Shown here: one piece after another, positions 22,830 to 37,000 of the stretch | Layout: every line of letters starts with the position of its first letter | Numbering within the stretch: position 1 is the first letter of the stretch | Assembly: GCF_006345805.1 (NCBI RefSeq) | Contig: NC_043014.1 | Location: forward strand, 12,710,001 to 12,774,000 | Direction of reading: 5' to 3' | DNA length: 64,000 nt | From: Octopus sinensis | Taxonomy: Eukaryota | Made by a program: the position numbers and the translations under genes | Notes under the pieces: generated by a model | The model's database searches: none | The model's input: only the letters and a program-made list of their open reading frames with translations | Told to the model about the DNA's origin: nothing

Positions 22830-25388
22830 GACCATTTCAAGGTGTTTCGCGTTGCAAGACAGTGTGAGAGAGAATCGTGATGTGGTAGGAGAGAAGTGTG
22901 TTCGTATGGAAGATGGTTCACTTGCGCTAAATGAGGATGCAAAGAGAGAGGTTTGGAGATGCCACTATGAAAGTTTGCTGAATAAAGAAAATGAATGGGA
23001 TAAAGAGAGTCTGCCGAATGTTGACCCAACAGAGGGACCAGCTATCCGAGTTGATAGTTCCGTGGGTAGCTAAGGCAATTAGAAGCATGAAGACAGGAAA
23101 AGCCCCAGGCCCATCAGGAATCACTGCAGAGATGCTCAAAATGTCTGGTAGTGTCGGCTATAGCCTAGTCACCCATATAGTTAATCAGGTGATACACAAA
23201 GGAGTCATACCCAATGACTGGTGTAGCAGCATAAAGTCAACTGCTACAAAGGTAAAGGTGACGCCCTAGATACAAATAACTACAGAGGTATCAAGCTGTT
23301 GGATCAGGCAATGAAGGTTACGGAGATGGTCATAGCCCAGCTAATTAGAGAGAGAGTTAGTTTAGATGAGATGCAGTTTGGGTTTGTGCCAGGGAAAAGT
23401 ACTACTGATGCTATATTCCTGGTAAGGCAGCGCAGAGAGCAGGAGAAATACCTAGCCAAAGATAAGCCCCTGTACCTGGCTTTTGTTGACATGGAGAAAG
23501 CCTTCGACAGGGTCCCCCGATCCCTTATGGTGGGCAATGAGGAGGAAACTAGGGATAGATGAATGGTTAGTGAGAGCTGTGCAGGCCATGTATAGGGACG
23601 CTGCTAGTAGGGTGAGGGGTGGAAACGAGTACAGTGAAGAATTCTGGGTAGAGGTAGGGGTCCACCAAGGCTCAGTACTCAGCCCCCTCCTATTTATCAT
23701 AGTCCTCCAGGCAATAACGGAGGAATTCAAGACAGGATGCCCTTGGGAGCTCCTCTATGCTGATGACTTGCTCTAATTGCTGAGTCGCTATCAGAACTGG
23801 AGGAGAAGTTTCAGGTGTGGAAACAAGGATTAGAATCGAAGGCCTCAGAGTCAATCTAGCTAAAACCAAAGTCGTAATCAGTGAGGAGGTAGACAAATCA
23901 CAAACGCTTCAGGTAGATGGCCCTGCTCGATCTGTAGAAAAGGTGTTGGTAGAAACTCTATAAGATGCACCAAGTGTAAGCTATGGACACATAAGAGGTG
24001 CAGCAATGTCAAAGGAAGGCTAACTAGGAAGATGGTTTTTGTATGTGGCAGATGCTCAGGAACAATAAACACTGAAAATGCTCTGAGACAACTTCCGTCA
24101 CTTTCCAGGGAGAAAAACTAGAAATAGTTGATAGTTTCCGTTACCTAGGTGACCAAGTCAGCAGCGGGGGCGGTGTGTGCTGAAAGTGTAACTGCTAGAG
24201 TAAGAATAGCTTGGGCAAAGTTCAGAGAGCTCTTACCTCTGCTGGTGACAAAAGGCCTCTCGCACAGAGTGAAGGCAGACTGTATGATGCGTGTGTACGA
24301 ACAGCCATGCTACATGGCAGTGAAACATGGGCCGTGACCGCTGAGGATATGCGTAAGCTCGCAAGAAATGAAGCCAGTATGCTCCGATGGATGTGTAATG
24401 TCAGTGTTCATAATCGACAGAGTGTAAGTACCTTGAGAGAAAAGCTGGACCTAAGAAGCATCAGTTGTGGTGTGCAAGAGAGACGATTGCGCTATGGTCA
24501 TGTGGCGAGAATGGATGAAGATAGTTGTGTGAAAAGTGCCACACCCTAGCGGTTGAGGGAACCTGTGGAAGAGGCAAACCCAGGAAAACCTGGGACGAGG
24601 TGGTGAAGCACGACCTTCGAACTTTAGGTCTCACTGAGGAAATGACTAGAGACCGAGTCCTCTGGAAGTGTGCTGTGCGCGAGAAGACCCGCAGCAGGAC
24701 AAGTGAGTCCATAACCCGTGGCCTTCTATGGGATGGAGCCAGCCTACGTATGCATACCTTCCCTTCTTGGGACACAAAACTCTACTGTGAAGACCTGTTG
24801 AGGCAAGTGAGGATCAGAATCGAAATCGATCAATGGAAATTGCAGATGTGTTACCAGTGCCGGTGGCATGTCGATACTCTATGTGAAGACCCGTTGAGGC
24901 AAGTGAGGATCAGAATGGAAATCAATCAATGGAAATTGCAGATGTGTTCCAGTGCTGGTGGCATGTCGAAACTCTACTGTGAAGACCGTTGAGGCAAGTG
25001 AGGATCAGAATGGAAATCGATCAATGGAAATTGCAGATGTGTTACCAGTGCCGGTGGCATGTAAGAGAACCTTCCGTTTCGCGACCGTTGCCAGCACCGC
25101 CCGTTTCGTGTCCGTTGCCAGCCTCGCCTGGCCCTTGTGCCGTGGCACATAAAAAGCACCATCCGTTCGTGGCCGTTTGCCAGCTCTGTCTGGCACCTGT
25201 GTGCGGTGGCATGTAAAAGCACCCACTACACTCACGGAGTGGTTGGCGTTAGGAAGGGCATCCAGCCGTTAGAAACACTGCCAGATTGACTGGGCCTGAT
25301 GAAGCCTTCTGGCTTCACAGACCCAGTAGAACCGTCCAACCCATGCTAGCATGGAAAACGGACGCTAAACGACGATGATGATGATGAT
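22830..25388 (+). mobile_element. 5'-truncated RTE-clade LINE (RT, PHD-type finger, 3' UTR, (GAT)n tail), frameshifted; intronic
   Basis: KAPGPSG, QFGFVPGKSTTDAIF, FVDMEKAFDRV, GVHQGSVLSPLLF, YADD (23756-23767), RGKPRKTW; tail ACGATGATGATGAT. Confidence 0.95.
24779..25062 (+). repeat. Three tandem ~96-bp units in the RTE 3' UTR
   Basis: Units start ACTCTA(C)TGTGAAGACC at 24779, 24876 and 24971. Confidence 0.9.
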
Positions 25389-26159
25389 TTATGTGTATGC
25401 CACTTTGAGTAAGTGTCTTCTACTATGACCCCAGACCATCAGAACTTTATGAGAGGATTTGGTAGACAGGAACTGAAAGAAGTCCATCGTTGTATGTTTG
25501 TACAGTAGTGCCTTGATGTACAAGTTAATTTGTTTCCAGAGATTGCTCATAAAGTGAAAACTCATAAAGCAGAGCAATAATTTTCCATAGTAGCAATGTT
25601 ATAAATCATAATTCGTTCCCAGAAAAATATTTTACCTATGAAATTTATAATAGGCGCAGTAGTGGCTGTGTGGTAAGTAGCTTGCTTACCAACCACATGG
25701 TTCGAGGGTTCAGTCCCACTGTGTGGCACCTTGGGCAAGTGTCTTCTACTATAGCCTCGGGCCAACCAAAGTTTTGTGAGTGGATTTGGTAGACGGAAAC
25801 TGAAAAGAAGCCCATTATATATATGTGTGTGGTTCAGCGAAAGAGACTGATTGAATAAGTACCTGGCTTACAAAGAATAAGTCCTAGGGTCGATTTGCTC
25901 GACTAAAGGTGGTGCTCCAGCATGGCCACAGTCACATGACTGAAACAAGTAAAAGAGTAAGGATAGTAAAGAATAATACTTGTAAATAAATGGCAATAAA
26001 ACAACAGAAGAATGTAAAGAATATTTTATGTAAAGTAAAAAGAATGTCAAGATCATTTATGATGAAAAACATTATTATAATCGTTTTCTGAATCACTTTC
26101 ACTCACACTAGACTCATACACACCATCTCTTGTAGATTTCTCTCAAAAAAAAAAAAAAC

Positions 26160-26310
26160 ATTTCCAGAGTTGTTTGCTTAGAAGAAGCTTTTTTTTCACT
26201 CTCTATAAATTTCTTGGTAAACACCGAAGCATTTGTTATGGTAGTAGAAACTTTTGCACTTTGTTCAAAATTTGGATCTTGTGCTTGAAAAATTTCTTGT
26301 AAAATAAAAC
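26160..26310 (-). mobile_element. pogo/Tigger transposase C-terminal remnant
   Basis: Minus strand LQEIFQAQDPNFEQSAKVSTTITN...ESEKKASSKQTTLEMFF resembles the DPNxER...EKK...QxxLxxFF end of Tigger transposases. Confidence 0.55.
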
Positions 26311-28192
26311 TTGTAAACCCGGTTTCTCGTGAAGCAGGTTCTCTTAAAGTGAGGTATTACTGTATGTACATATGCACACACACACATACAGAGGATGCTG
26401 ACGCTGTGAAATAAGTGGAGGGCAGAGGCATCTCAGTTCTTTGTCATTTCAAGAAATATGGTGGCAAAAGAGTTTTTAAAAAATGTTTAGATAATATGTA
26501 AATATTTTGAATATTCTTTCACATTATGATGAATGGTATTTCAAATCTCAGGTCAACGAACTTTACCTCTTTATCAATTTTGTTACTGTTCAGCATGTAA
26601 ATATTGCAATAGTAGAACTTCCTCTTAATGCTAGTAAGCTGGTAAAATTGTTAGCATACCAGGCAAAACATCTTAGCAGCATTTCATCTATCTTCGTGTT
26701 CTGAGTTCAAATCCAGTCAAGGTTGGCTTTGCTTTTCATCATTTCGGGTCAGTAAAATAAGTACCAGTTGAGTACTAGAGTTGATGTAATTGACTATCCC
26801 CCTCCCCCAAGTTTCAAGCCTTGTGACTTCAGTAGAAAGGATTATTATTATTATTATTAAGGTGGTGAGTTGGCAGAATTGTTAGTATGCCAGGCAAGAT
26901 GCTTTATAGCGTTTTGTCTGGGTTCAAATCTTCCCAGTGTCAACTTTGCCTTTCATCCTTTCAGGGTCAATAGAATAAGTACCAATTGAGTACTGGGGTC
27001 AATATAATCAACTATCCCTCTCCCGAAAATGCTGGCCTTGTGCCAAAATTTGAAACTATTATTATTATTGAGTGAGAGAGCAGTGCATGCCACCAAAGTG
27101 ACACTGGGGTAAAATATACGATGCCCAGTATACCCATCATGAATACCCGTCTGTTAAAGGTACACCAGGCACATGCATCACAGCCATGTGTGCAACATAG
27201 TGATCTCATATCAAGATTAACAGCACATTACCTTGCAGGTGGGGCCCAGTTAAACTTTTCTTCAGGTTGAGTAGCCCATCTTACTCAAAAGGTCCCTGAA
27301 TAAGGGTTAAAGATGTTGAATGAAACACCCATGTTTCCAGAGGTGAATTACTCAAACCTCAAAGAATTCCTCTCAACACATGGCTATGATGCTCCCCCAC
27401 TACTTCTGCTTGTGATTAGAGATGCACTACGGGACATGCTCAACTGGTTATGGTCAAATAATTGACAAGCAAATCTGTGGTATTGAGCATGTTCTTGTTG
27501 TTGTTGCCGGTGGTGGTGGTGGTGTGGATAGCCTCTTACTGGGGATAAGAAGTTGTGTCCCTTCAGGCTGCAGAGCCATTCAACTGTTTTATTATGTTGT
27601 TCTTGCTTACTCCATATCTTTCCCCAGAAAAGTCAACTTTCATTAGCATCAAGGATTAACCTTTCACGTTTCTTATCATCATTAATCTCTTGATAAAATC
27701 TGTTTTGGTCAGTTCTAAACAATTTATTTTCCCAGTATTGCTGAATCCATTGTTCAGACTTAGTTAGCTTTGCTAACTAGGTTTGAATAATGGATCATCA
27801 TCACCATCATTATTATCATTATTATTATTAAATCTGTTGTGTCTGGGGAGAGAAAATTTTTTTTTTGTGCCTTATAATTTTACACAGCGGTAAAATTTCC
27901 ACTTACTTTTATTTTTATTTTCCTAAAATTTTCATTGCGTCTTGCAACTTTTTCAAGATGCAACGAAAATTTTAGGAAAATAAAAATAAGAAATAAGTGG
28001 AAATTTTACCAGTCATCATCATCATCATCATCGTTTAACGATGTGACTGTATTAAACTATAAGGCACAAAAAAAAAAATGACTCTCCCCAGACACAATAG
28101 AATATGCTTCAACACACGAACTCACATAAAGAATCTTGCAAACCAAATCCCAAAACAAAATATTATTAAATCATTTTTCTTATATATTACAG

Positions 28193-28276
28193 CTGAAGAA
28201 ATTCATTCTTTAAGGCAAGAATTGGATAATATTAAATCTCAGCGGGATCGTTTGACAGATTTAATAAAAACTGCTG
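28193..28276 (+). CDS. USF3: USF3-like leucine-zipper/coiled-coil exon
   Basis: TATTACAG|(T)EEIHSLRQELDNIKSQRDRLTDLIKTA+G|GTAAGT; similar to USF3 AEEIKKLRKQLEEIQKENGRYIELLKA; 84 bp, phases 1 and 1. Confidence 0.92.
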
Positions 28277-29594
28277 GTAAGTTTTCTTTTATAACAGAGT
28301 AATATTTTATAGCTACATAAAAATGCACACCTGCCTACCCATCCAACTTTTTCTGTTCCTTTATCCCTTTTGTCTTTCTATTCCCCTTGTACCTTAACCT
28401 CACCTCTCTCTCTCTATCTATCTGTCTAAGCCATGTACTCACCTCTTATGCAAGACACTTGATCCTGACCTTCTATCATACTTTCATATCCCTCAACACT
28501 ATTGTCAAGCAATGAAGATAATTATGCAGATAGTGTAACTTTATGTGCAACTTTTATCAAAGAATGTATGTGTGAGCCTTTATACTATTATCTGTTACAT
28601 TGTGTAACACAATTTTTATTCTTGGGTAGAAACTGTTATTTACTATTTGCTTATCCCTAGAAAGTATGAAAAATGGCTAATAGTTCCTTCAAACTTTGCT
28701 TTTGTTTCATTCATTTATTCAAACCCCAAAGGATCCCTCTCAAAACAAGGCTGTGATGTTCCCTCCACTGCTGCTCGTGATCAGAGATGCACATATTGTC
28801 AGCCACTAAGAGACATGCTCAAGTGGTTAAGAGTAAAGCAACTGACAAAACCTGTTTGTGGTATTGAGCAAAATATTTGCTATAATGATTTTTCTACTTC
28901 AACAACTCAGCATTGAATGTGTCTAAAATGTAACAGAAAATGGGTCAGTTTCAAACCATTGATGTCCAAGTTGCAAAAGCAAAGTATAAAGGGAATAACA
29001 GTCATTTCCTTTGATTTCTAAATAGAAGCAAATAGCGAATAACACTGACCAAAGACAAAAAACTATAAAATAAAACTTTGAAAATCAACAAACAAAGTTT
29101 GCTTTTGAAGTATTGAGATGTATTGAAAGATACAGATAAGGAAATAATTTTATTCTCAAATGTAGGATAATGCTAATAATATAGCACGAACAAGATAAAC
29201 TATCCATATTTTGCAGAAAAAGTATATAACTATTGTATTTATTTACATTATTTATGTTTGACGGATATTTTTTCCTCATCTTGCTTGTTGTTAACATCTC
29301 ATGTTCTGAGTTCAAATTCCGTCATGGTTGACTTTGCTTTTCATCATTTCGGGGTCAGTTTCTACCACATTCACTCACAAAAAGTTTGGGTCAGCATGGG
29401 GCTTTAGTAGAAGACATTAGCCCATGCAATTGGCAGGGAAACCATTTGTTTAAAAAGCAAATATCTTCCTGGTTAGCCATGCCTGCACCTATATTTTATA
29501 AAAAGTTTTCATTCAGAAAACAAAATCATAGGATATTCTATTTTTATACTGTAAATCTTCACAACTTAATCTTCATCATCATCAACATCAGCAT

Positions 29595-30186
29595 TTAACC
29601 CCTTACCCAACAATTATTTTGAAAATAAATGTATTTTTTCAGACATATTTTTTAATTGTTTTATTTTACTATGTTTTGAATGGTGATTTCGAGGTATATT
29701 TCAAACCTTATTTATTATGAATTTTAATTCAATAATATTGATTTTAAATTACCGCTTTGGGCAGAAACGAGTTAACCCATTTTTTTTCATAAATCATATT
29801 ACTTTTACAAAAAATCATGTTATTTTATTTGGTTATCGACATGTTGGGGTTATAATATAAAGGTATAAAAAAAACAACGTAAAAACAAAGTGAATACTTC
29901 TATTCATAAAATGTGCCTTCCAACCCTTCGACTGTCTCCAGGTGACTAAATCATACTCGGTCTTCAATGCCTTACTCAAGCGAAAGGTGGCAAAAATCGT
30001 CACTGCCAGACGTATAAAGTGAGCGAATATACTCGTATATGTCAAAAAAGAGTTTATAATAGACAAAGGAACTCATTTGCTGTCGATTTTGGCGAGTCTA
30101 TCTTTTGACGAGTTAACTCGCCAGAGATAGAAAAAAACGATTTCGGTCAAAACGCATATATTCGTTTCTGCCGGGTAAGGGGTTAA
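29595..30186. mobile_element. piggyBac-type non-autonomous element, third family (584 bp), inserted into an RTE 3' tail
   Basis: TTAA+CCCCTTACCC ... GGGTAAGGGG+TTAA; internal GGCAGAAACGA at ~29760 mirrors the subterminal sequence at the right end. Confidence 0.88.
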
Positions 30187-30399
30187 TGCTCATTTTCCAT
30201 GTTGGCATGGGTTGGGTGGTTTGACAGAACCTGGCAAGGCCAGGGGCTACCCCAGGTTTCATAGCCTATTTTGGCTTGGTTTCCACAGTTGGATGCTCTT
30301 CCTAATGCCAACTACTTTACTGGGTGTACTGGGTACTTTTTACATGGTACCTTGGTTTTAGGGTCTCGATTCTATTGTGGTGGGTGGGCCTTCTTGAGT

Positions 30400-30605
30400 A
30401 CAGCAATGCACCTCATATCTCAATCCTCTGTCATCTCCTTTGTAACATTCAACATTTTGAGATCGGCCTTCAATACTTTGTCCCATATCTTCCTAGGTCT
30501 CCCTCTTCCACAGCTTCCCTCCACTTTAAGTGATTGGCACTTCTTTAAGCATCTGTCCTCATCCATCCACATCACATGACTAAACCAGCACAGTCTCCTC
30601 TCTTG
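30400..30605 (-). mobile_element. Old RTE ORF C-terminal fragment
   Basis: Reverse complement resembles 24480-24640 (EGSCGRGRPRKIWDKVLKADL). Similar fragments at 22530-22760(-), 47250-47860(-), 58985-59260 and 59545-59720. Confidence 0.65.
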
Positions 30606-30636
30606 CTCTCGATATTGTTATAAATTCTCTATGCCT

Positions 30637-30865
30637 TTAACCCTTTAGTGTTCAGATTACTCTGTTAAATGTAATACTTTTTCACTCAAATTGTTTTCAA
30701 TTAATCCTGGATCATCTTACAGCTTTGAGGTTTCAATGATGTGATTACTTATTTTTAGAATGGCATTGTAGGTTAGGTGTGAGAGGCTAGATATCGCCAG
30801 TTTGAATATAAAACATGTAGAATATATTGGGCCGGATTCGGCCAGCTTAAACACTAAAGGGTTAA
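30637..30865 (+). mobile_element. piggyBac-type MITE, complete (221 bp)
   Basis: Perfect inverted ends TTAACCCTTTAGTGTT / AACACTAAAGGGTTAA. Partial copies at ~11030-11295, 17338-17490 and 40215-40410. Confidence 0.9.
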
Positions 30866-31058
30866 TAGATATTATTACTATGATATTTCTGTAATGACTC
30901 ATTACACTTGTTTTTTTAACTGTTCTGGTAATAATAAAAGAAGTATTACACCTTTTTTTTTTTTTCACATTAATGAATACCTGAAATTATTTCTAGTCTT
31001 GTTCACATTATTTAGCAAAAGTATTTTTTAAATCTTTGTTTCAAATCTATTTCACCAG

Positions 31059-34000
31059 GTATCTCATCTCTACTGAACTCCTCGTGGAAAGGTAGAAAGG
31101 TGGACAGCACTTCTAATTCTTCAGACAGCAGACCTGAATCAGCAGATACAACCTCAAATGTCCTGCAGGCATCGTCGAAAAAAGATAAAGACACAGAGGG
31201 CGCTACTAAAAGCTCAAAATCCAAAAGACCTAACACAATACATTCTCAACTCGAAAGTATAGCTAACAAAAAGCAGATAGCCAAGTTGGCACAAGAAACC
31301 ATTACAAAAATGAATTCTGGAAGTATTCTTATGCCTAGCCTTAATAATTTTAATGGCATGCAAGCCACTAATATCTTACCTGCTGGAATTAATCAGCAGC
31401 AGATATTTGCAGCTGCTCCTAATTTGTTAAATACTTCTCTTTCAAATGCCATTCTTGCCTCGAATGCACAAGGGCAAGTTATTTTCAGCAATGCAAATTC
31501 TGCTGGTAGTTTTGTCAATTTACAAGGATCTTCTACACAGCCAAGTGTTGCCTTTGTTTCACCATCTTCTAATCTTCTTGCAAATAATTCCGAGAAAGGA
31601 AACAGTGATGGCTCTGGACTGTTACAGATTGCAATGAGAGATGCGGGTATTACTTCAGTCACTCAGTCATTTATAACACCTCCCCAATTGCCCCAGATTA
31701 CATCTCAGGCACAACAAGCTATGATTAGCTCCATAGCGAGTACAAATGCTGAAACTATGATTTCTGCCGATTCTTCGCAAGGACAGCAACCAACACCCCA
31801 GCAGACTCTAGCTTCAGTAGTTTCAAATAACCAGTGTATAAACACTGGTTTTATGAACTCTTCGTTTTTCAGTGGAAATAATTGTTTCCAGCAGGGTTCG
31901 AACACAATTACCAACACAACCCAAGCTATAAATACACAGGTACCAATCATGTCGATTGGACAGTCAAATTATAACCAAATTCTACAAAATGGTAATGCAC
32001 TAATTAACGTGCCAATTATGAATGCTGCCAACCAGTCGTTACCTGTTGGTGGTGCTCTGCCAGGGATTGGAGGGATACAAGGTCTTCAAACAGGTCAAGG
32101 ACAGATCGTTTTGGTTAATGACCATAGTGGACTTTCTTTGATGCCCAACTATCAAATGGTCGTTGACCCAACAACTTTAGCGCTAACAAACAACTCACGG
32201 CAGTTTTCTAATGATAAAGTTGCTACCCAGAAGCTGGGCCATGCAGTGGACCAAACAAAGATGGCACTGACTAATGTGATAAACAACACAGAGGTACTAA
32301 ATCATGCAGCTACCCTCCCTGTTCAGAATCAACAACAGGCAACACAGCAAGGCATTACTCTTCAAAACACCATCAATGCTCAGGCATTGGCTTCCAATCA
32401 AGCTCCGGCAATGCAGCAGCTAGCATTTCAGCCTGCTCAGCAGACAATATCGCTAGGTGCCACAAATTCTGTGATTCAACAGGCACAAATGAACAATCAG
32501 TTGAGTGCTCAGCAGCAGCAAATGCTGTCGGCTCCTTATGCAAGTGCAAATACTAACTTTTTAAATCCCAATCCAGGTCTTGTCTTGCCTGTTAGTCAAA
32601 ATGGAAACTTACTTACTCTGAATACAGTTCCCAGTCAACCAAATCAGTTACCAACAGCACTTATTTTACCCAATGGACACATCATTCCTGTGGTTACACA
32701 ACCACAGGTCTTATTACAGCAGCAACTACAACAACAACAAATCCAGCAGCAATTGTTAAATGCTAATTGTCAGCTCCAAGCCGCTGTCGCTGCTCAAACC
32801 CAAGCTATACATCCATCACAAATTCCTGCTAAACTAGCAGTTGTTGGAAATTTGGGTAACAATAACATACCGATTATTGACTCTAATTTGACTACTATAC
32901 TAAACCCTCCGAATGTGCAGTGTCAGAATCAGTCTGCCCTTGTTCAGAGTCAACAAAAGCCTCCAATGGGTCTCCTCATGACAACAACCATATCGAATTT
33001 CCCAGTGTCTAATGCTGCTACCACTGTGGCTTCCATCAACAATAATATGGTTACAACGTCGGCGACACAGAGTGTCATGACAACTCAAGTGCAAGCTTCT
33101 CAAATGCATCGGCCAACAAGTGCTCCTGCATTTGTGAAAAGGTCCGAAACGCAAACATCTGATTCAAAAGGTGTGGTGATGTCCACCACAACAGGTTCGT
33201 TAATGCAGTTTAGAACATCGAATACATCCACACCTGACAACAGCATACTTCTTGGGAACGTGTCTCAGACTAATTTGCAGACAGCCGTGGGAACAGTGCC
33301 TTCGCAGACTGACTCTTCTGTAACTTCATCTTTGCCAACAAATCTTCAAAGTTCTTTACCTGTGAATCAGTCAGGACAAACTAACGGACCAAACGGGACT
33401 ATTCTAATTACATTTGGTCCACCTGGTGGACAGCAGACGTGTTGTATTTTAAACCCTAATTCTATGCAAGGACTTGGAAATATCTCAAATCAGCAACCTT
33501 CTCTGCCAGCAATTTCCACCATTCCAACTACGATATCTTCAACTAATCCTACAGTTTCAAGTAAGAAAAATAACAAAAAAAATTCTCAGAGAACAATTGT
33601 ACCCAAACCCCCTAAAGCCAATCAAACAAATCCATTACCTTCCGTGTGTTCCATGAATAGTTCCAACTCAGTAAGTTCTACACAGGTTTCTGTGTCTTCA
33701 ACTCTCTGGAACACCACTCCACTGAGCTCCGATCAAGAGGCTTCTAGTACAACTATGCAAAACGTAGTCAGCACAAACGATATTTGTGTGTCTACTACTG
33801 CTGAATCAACAATTATACAATCACCTTCAACTTCTAATACTTCAGAAAATACTGGTACCACAGATATTCTGGCAAAAGCTGCAGAGTCCATATTTTCTTC
33901 TTCTTTACAAGACATATCTCCTCCGATAAGTAGTTTTTATAATCCGGCTAATGAAGATAATCCTCTGCATATAGACACGAGTGCTGGAGAGACTGAAGAT

Positions 34001-37000
34001 GATTGTAGTGCACAATCGCCTTCGAAAGAAAGTTGTGATAGCGATCATATTCCAACATCAAGCCGAATAGAGATGGAGGTTGAAACTCAGAGTACACATT
34101 CTTTGGATAATGCATGTAGTAACTTGACTGTGTCGTCTCCATCTACATCAACATTTTTCAAAGAATCAGATATATGTGAGTCTATTGGGGCAGTAAGCAA
34201 GCGCGGTAATTTAAAATCTAAGATTATTGAACCAGAAAAAGAGAAAATGAAAAAAGATTTCAAAAAATTACCTGATAGCAAAAAGCTAACAAAAAAGCCA
34301 GTTTCCATAGCTATATCTGAAGCTATTAATTTCGCTTCAAACCAGTTTCCTGGTGTCCTCGAACAAGTTGAATCAGTAAGTATGGAGAAGAAAAAGCAAA
34401 AAGCTCTTAACAAAGAACTTGTCAAAAAAACTTTAAAAGTGCCTGTTAAAAAGCAAACTCCATCAGTTGACATTCCTGATGAGATTGTTTTTACGGAAAG
34501 TGAGATAAGTGATGTATTAGACCAGGTGGAAAACTTAAGGAATACCTGGGCCAATGAAAACGATCAAAAAAAGAACAAGAAGCGCAAAGGTAAATCAAAC
34601 TGCACTGACTTGGATTCTGATCATTTGGTTATGAACAAAAAGAAAAAGCCTCAGATTAAAGAATCCTTAATTGAAGTTGAAGAAATTAAAATAAATTCTT
34701 CCGTCTGTGAAAGTTCAATGAATGCAGAAGAGAATCCTTCTGAATTGCTCTCCCCAGATTCTACTACAGTTACTAAAACAGTGTCAAATTACACACCTTC
34801 TAGTACTGATGAATCTCCTTCTGGCTCTAATGGAGAAAATACATGTGAAAAGAGTGTCAATTATGACCCCTATGACATAACTCTGGCTTTAGAGGAATCA
34901 GAACCAATCAAATCATTTAGAGCTATTGATTCTTCTAAAACTTTTTGCCAACCAAATAGCTCTCAGGTTGTTGCATCTTATCCTGGAAAGATGATTGAAA
35001 AGACACAGTCGTCTCCAACAGAAATGGCCTGTTCGACATCTATTCACTCACACAACCAGAGCAATAGGCTTAGTAGCCGACTATCTCCTACGAGTACTGG
35101 TGCTACCAGCAGTAACTGTATAAGCAGTAATAATGGCAACAGCAAGAACAACCGCTCACGATCAAATTCTATTATTGATCAGCAGAAGTCACTTCAGCTC
35201 GCCTGTAATTCTCAACCTACGTCAAATGAAGACAATATTTTGCCAAAAAATACCTATTCAAACAGGCAGTTAAATGCTGGTTCTCAGAGTGTTTCTGTTG
35301 GCTCTATGTCCTTACCTCGATCCCAGCAACACTCTTACAGCAGGCAATCTCAGCATATAGCACAACCTAGTTTATCTCCTGTGTCTATGCCTTCCCCAAT
35401 ATCAAATATATCCACGGCTGTTGAACCGGAAACCAATTCTTCGGTCAGCCAGAACGTTATTAGCAATTCATCTGCTCAAATTGCTTCCCCTTGCACTTCA
35501 GAACAAAATAATTACTCCTCACCAAATTCTTTGAGGTATTCTGCTGAATCACTGTTTAACACTTCAACCAAATTAAATACAGCACCACCAAAATCTCACC
35601 CACAGCCCCTCAACCAAACCCTAATTCCTCAAGATTCAAGCAATATTATTTCTAATAGCATTGCAGGTGACGCAGTGTCAGTTGCAGGAACTCTTCCATC
35701 ATCAAAGTCACGCAACTTAAGCATTTATTCTGCCGAGAATTTTGTACATTCAGGCAGAAATGATAATTCCCGGGTTGACAAAACCAGTTATTCTTCTGGA
35801 AGTGCTTTTTCTTCTAACAATACTCACCATATTGCTACCAGCGAAAGTGACGCTTTAAACTTTGCCAACCTTGGTTTGACTTTGACTCCAACTGTTCCAT
35901 CTAATACCTTCACAGACAGTTCAGTTTGTAATTCGTCAACATCATTCACTTTTTCCTTACCAAACTCCAACAACACTAGTTTATTTCCCTCCCATCATTT
36001 CCCTTTCCTGCATTTGCATTCACTAGTCACACCACAGCTTTTACATGGCGAAAACAATGAAAGCAGTAGCAACCAGCAATCACAAACATTTGGGCTACCA
36101 TCATTTGGTCTGAATAACCAGAAGAACAATAATGAAACAGAATCAAATATTCCGCATCAAAATACTTCTAATGAACAAAACATTATCTGTGGCTCATCGT
36201 CATCTTCCTCCACGGCATCAAGTCATTTACAATCACACAATACTTTCAATTTTGGTTTGAGTAACTCTTTAGAAACGTGTTCAATATCCAGAAGCCAGCC
36301 TTATACAGATGGCTCCAATATATCATTAAACACAATAAATTTGGAAAAGTCTTCGTCGAACACCATTTCACAGTCAAATGATGGCTCCAGAACTGTTTCA
36401 AACCAGAAACATTTACCAAATATTTCACAGAGTATTTCTTTGAGCAATCGAAACCAACAATCTAGTTTGAACTCTGTCGATTGTTCTTCACAAATCACGA
36501 GTAGTGTATCAACTTATTTCTCCCCTATGAACTATCAGTCTTTACATACACCACCTCTGCATCACCCCCCCGTAACTTCTAATGAGAATTCCCGAGCTAA
36601 TATTAGTAGGTCTTTTAATGCAAATCTCCCTACGTCAATATCTAACTTTGGGTCAAGCACTCCTGTATTTAATAGTAGATTTGACAGCAATCAGTTATTA
36701 TTTCACAGCCAAAGGGATGCTGCTACTGTGTCACAAAATGTAAATATTAATCCAGAGATTAGTAAATCTACTTCTTCTCAACAGCAAAATACAGTTAGCA
36801 AGGCTGCTAAGCAACAGGCTTCTCAGCAGACGTTGTCTCTGTCGCAGAGCCAACTGAGTCAGGGCAGCCTCTCCTCACATCAGAGCACTCCTAGTTCTAT
36901 ATCCGATAACAACGCTACATTAACACTCCCCCAGTCTAATCCTCCACCACAACCATCACATGCATCACAACAGCAACAACAACAACAGCAACACCAACAA

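Noticed and set aside
31393-36498. Short antisense and alternate-frame ORFs inside the giant exon
   Set aside because: Expected shadows of a long biased coding sequence, with no motifs or splice context.
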